Below, piece after piece: positions 35,995 through 39,300 of a stretch of DNA of 39,300 bases. Each line of letters opens with the position of its first letter. Position 1 is the first letter of the stretch. Origin of the DNA: Escherichia phage vB_EcoP_FFK3. The stretch lies in the sequence record ON548433.1; one strand, given 5' to 3'. Made by a program: the position numbers and the translations under genes. The notes below the pieces were generated by a model. The model was not told where the DNA came from and did not search any database. It was given only the letters and a program-made list of their open reading frames with translations.

Positions 35995-38900
35995 ATGGCG
36001 ACTCGTGGTATTCGCAATAACAATCCTGGTAATATACGGGTAAGTAAGGACCAATGGGAAGGAATGACTGGAGATGATGGCGCCTTCGTCACCTTCGATA
36101 GTCCAGAGTCTGGCGTCCGAGCTTTAGGTAAAAACCTGCTGTCCTACGGTCGCCGAGGTTATGACTCCATCGAGAAGATTATCAACCGATGGGCGCCTCC
36201 TAACGAGAACGACACTAAGGCTTATATTGACTCAGTGGTGGCTGCAACTGGTATTCCAGCTACCCAGAGTCTCGACCTATCGAACCCTGACACCCTGTCT
36301 GCTCTGGCGCAAGCTATTAGCTTCCATGAGACAGGCTCCCGGTACAATCCTGAAGTCTATCAGAAGGGAGTCGAAAGAGCACTTAACGGCATTAGCCCAA
36401 AGACTCCACCAGTAAGCGCTAACGTATTTGACGCACTCACGGAAGGACTCAAGGCTAAACCTAAAGTAGCTCTGGGTGAGAACCTTCCGACCGCTGCTGG
36501 TCTAAACATTGAGGGTCAAGCACCTGAAGCTCCCAACGAATCGTTCGGTGAGATGTTCTATAAGTCTACTGGCGAGACCATGCAGGAACGAGAGGATCGC
36601 TCTACGTGGTTCGGTTTCGGCTCGGCTACAGAAGCTGAAGTGAAGAACTCTATGGTCGGCGTGGCTATCCGCGCTGGTCAGACCGAGGACTCACTTGATG
36701 TCATTGGCGATGTGTTCAACCCTACCCGCTGGAACAACCATAAGTGGTCTCGTGAGGAGCTGGACCAGATTCGTAACGCTGGGGTTCTCCCTCAGTATTA
36801 CGGAGTAATTACTGGCGGTTCTCCTCAGAATCTGACAGAGCTGATCAACTTGGCGCTTGAGAACCAGAAGTTGGACCAAGAGAAGGCCAAGGCTGGGACT
36901 GGTGCTCAGCTAGCAGCTGGTGTGATTGGTGCTGGTGTAGATCCTCTGACCTACGTTCCTATCGCTGGACAGGTTGGTAAAGGTGGGAAGCTGGTCAACA
37001 AGATGTTCACCGTGGCTGCTCAATCTGGAGCACTTGCTGGTGTATCAGAGATGGCCCGTACCTCAGTGGCTGGTGGGGATGCTCATGTGGCTGAAGCTAT
37101 CCTTGGTGGTGCTCTCTTCGGCGGAGGCATGACTGCCATCGCTGATGGGTTAGGCAGAGCCTTAGGGCGCAACACTAATGAGTTTGCTGGCCCAGCTACA
37201 CGTCTGGAAGCTCGTGAGACCGCTCGTAACGTTGATGGTCAGGACCTGTCTCGTCTTCCTATTCAGGAAGGTGAGCAGACCTTTAGTCATCAAGGCGTTA
37301 AGTTCGCTGACGTTCCTAATGAGCCTGGTAGTGTGCGGCTGGAGGATGGTTCAATCCTGATTGGTGAGAACCCTCTGAACCCTAAGACACGTAAAGTCTT
37401 CGACGAAGTGATTGAGCCTGAACGGGCCGCTGCTGGTGTGAACCTTGGTGGTCTGACCGAGATTGGCCTGAAGCTGCTTCGGTCTGAGAACCCCGAGATT
37501 CGTGGAGTAGCTGCTGACTTAGTGCGTTCACCGACTGGTATGCAGTCTGGGGCCTCAGGTAAAATCGGGACCACTGCGTCTGACGTATTCGAGAGACTCC
37601 GTGCTGTGGACCATCGGTTCTACAACGACATCGACGATGCGGTTACTGAGGCACTAAAGGACCCGCACTTCCAGACAGCATTCTGGCGAGACTCTGGAGC
37701 ATTCCGTCAGGACATCTACCAGCGCGTGTCTATGGCTATCGAAGATGGCAGCGGAAACCTGAAGGCTGAACTGACTCCGGGAGAACTTAAAGTCTATGAC
37801 CTACTGAAGAACCAGTTTGACGCCAAGCGTGAGATGATGGAGAACCCAGCGATGTTTGGTCGTCCAGACGCTCAGTCTATCTTTCCGGGTAGCCGCTTCA
37901 AGGGAACCTACGTCCCTCATGTGTATAGCAACCAGATGAAGGAGCTGTACACCAAGGAGCTTGGGAGTCCAGAGGCACTACAGGAGGCCATCAAGAAGTC
38001 ATGGTTGACCAGCTATGCGTCTCGACCTGAAGTCAAGAAACGTGTGGACGAGGCACTCTTAGAGTCTGACCCTACGTTGACTCCAGAAGGACTTGCGGCT
38101 GCGGTCGATAAGTACGCCAACGATAAGGCTTATGGTATCTCTCACACCGAGCAGTTCGAGCGTTCATCCGTAATGGAAGAGAACATCAATGGTCTGGTTG
38201 GTCTGGAGAACAACAGCTTCCTTGAGGCTCGTAACCTGTTCGATAGCGATATGTCAATCGTCCTACCTAACGGTCAGACCTTCAGTGTCAACAACCTGCG
38301 TGAGTGGGACATGGACAAGATTGTCCCGGCCTACAACCGTCGAGTTAATGGCGATATTGCTATCATGGCTGGTACAGGCAAGACCACGAAGGACATGAAG
38401 GACTTGGTTGAGACCATGATGAACAAGGCTGGGGATGACGGTAAGTTGAAAGGTGAAGTATCTACCTTACGTGACACCTTGAAGATTCTAACTGGTCGTG
38501 CTCGACGTGATGGGGCTGATGATGCAGCCTTCGCTGCCGTGATGCGCACAATGACAGACCTATCGTTCTTCGCTAAGAATGCCTATATGGGTGTTCAGAA
38601 CTTAACGGAGATTGGTGGTATGCTGGCCCGTGGTAACGTTCGTGCAATGCTGCATGGAGTCCCAATTTTCCGTGACCTAGCCTTCCGTAACAAGAAAGTT
38701 GGGGCCTCAGAGATTAAGGACCTGCACAATGTTATCTTTGGTAAGGAGCTGGATGACTCAATCCGTCCGTCTAAACAGGATGTCATTGACCGTCTGCGAT
38801 CTTACAGTGACCTCGGTCGTGGTGCAGCTACAGCTCTGGGGACTGCCAAGTATTACACTGGCGAACTTGCAGTACGCTCTCCGTTCACTAAAGTCCTCAA

Positions 38901-39300
38901 CGGTACGACCAACTACCTGTTAGATGCTGGACGTCAAGGCTTCCTGTCTGACATCGTGGAGCATAGCCTGACTGGTAGTAAGCGTAAGTTCGATGACCGC
39001 TGGCTGAAGACCGCTGGTATCTCTGACGAGCAGTGGAAGGGCATTAAGTCCCTAATCCGTGAGTCAGTGACTCGTGGTCCAGACGGGAAGTATATCATCA
39101 AGGATAAGAAGGCGTTCAGTCAGGACCCAAGGGCTATGGACCTGTGGCGTATGGGTGATACCATCGCTGACGAAACGTTACTCCGTCCTCATAAGCTGTC
39201 CAACATGGACGCCAAGGCTTATGGTCCTATCGCTAAGACTGTCCTTCAGTTTAAGAACTTCGTCATCAAGTCCATCAATGGACGTACCATGCGAACCTTC
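35995..39300 (+). CDS. gp16: Internal virion protein D (gp16), N-terminal 1102 codons; 3-prime end beyond the window
   Basis: ORF from ATG 35995 open to the window end; position after gp15; large size as T7 gp16; continues into the fragment at window start. Confidence 0.85.
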   Translation, partial: MATRGIRNNNPGNIRVSKDQWEGMTGDDGAFVTFDSPESGVRALGKNLLSYGRRGYDSIEKIINRWAPPNENDTKAYIDSVVAATGIPATQSLDLSNPDTLSALAQAISFHETGSRYNPEVYQKGVERALNGISPKTPPVSANVFDALTEGLKAKPKVALGENLPTAAGLNIEGQAPEAPNESFGEMFYKSTGETMQEREDRSTWFGFGSATEAEVKNSMVGVAIRAGQTEDSLDVIGDVFNPTRWNNHKWSREELDQIRNAGVLPQYYGVITGGSPQNLTELINLALENQKLDQEKAKAGTGAQLAAGVIGAGVDPLTYVPIAGQVGKGGKLVNKMFTVAAQSGALAGVSEMARTSVAGGDAHVAEAILGGALFGGGMTAIADGLGRALGRNTNEFAGPATRLEARETARNVDGQDLSRLPIQEGEQTFSHQGVKFADVPNEPGSVRLEDGSILIGENPLNPKTRKVFDEVIEPERAAAGVNLGGLTEIGLKLLRSENPEIRGVAADLVRSPTGMQSGASGKIGTTASDVFERLRAVDHRFYNDIDDAVTEALKDPHFQTAFWRDSGAFRQDIYQRVSMAIEDGSGNLKAELTPGELKVYDLLKNQFDAKREMMENPAMFGRPDAQSIFPGSRFKGTYVPHVYSNQMKELYTKELGSPEALQEAIKKSWLTSYASRPEVKKRVDEALLESDPTLTPEGLAAAVDKYANDKAYGISHTEQFERSSVMEENINGLVGLENNSFLEARNLFDSDMSIVLPNGQTFSVNNLREWDMDKIVPAYNRRVNGDIAIMAGTGKTTKDMKDLVETMMNKAGDDGKLKGEVSTLRDTLKILTGRARRDGADDAAFAAVMRTMTDLSFFAKNAYMGVQNLTEIGGMLARGNVRAMLHGVPIFRDLAFRNKKVGASEIKDLHNVIFGKELDDSIRPSKQDVIDRLRSYSDLGRGAATALGTAKYYTGELAVRSPFTKVLNGTTNYLLDAGRQGFLSDIVEHSLTGSKRKFDDRWLKTAGISDEQWKGIKSLIRESVTRGPDGKYIIKDKKAFSQDPRAMDLWRMGDTIADETLLRPHKLSNMDAKAYGPIAKTVLQFKNFVIKSINGRTMRTF

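Overview
The window reads as an almost complete, circularly permuted genome of a T7-like podophage (Autographiviridae), with every supported gene on the + strand. From memory, without a database search, the gene content best matches the E. coli K1-specific phage K1F lineage: the tail fibre is replaced by a 1064-aa endosialidase tailspike. The window starts inside gene 16, runs through the tailspike, lysis and terminase genes, crosses the genome terminus (T7-like left end TCTCACAGT at 7518, flanked by CCTACAGT short-repeat arrays), then covers the early region (ocr, small early genes, RNA polymerase), the DNA metabolism genes and the structural genes back into gene 16. Eleven phage-RNAP promoters share the core CTATCACTATAGG; two hairpin terminators and a recurring stem-loop family (AAGGTCAT/GTGGCCTT) are present. 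Points most worth follow-up: (1) a 101-bp-offset tandem duplication in the small gene between primase/helicase and DNA polymerase, whose three substitutions are all synonymous third-position changes; (2) a conserved GGTTTTC slip site in the capsid gene whose conserved 10B extension lies in the +1 rather than -1 frame; (3) a phage promoter directly upstream of the RNAP gene; (4) a DUF3850/ASCH-like gene between tail tubular genes 11 and 12; (5) a 149-aa strongly acidic protein at the gp5.9 position. No tRNA, CRISPR array or integrase was found. All homology statements rest on recalled T7 protein sequences and need BLAST/HMM confirmation.
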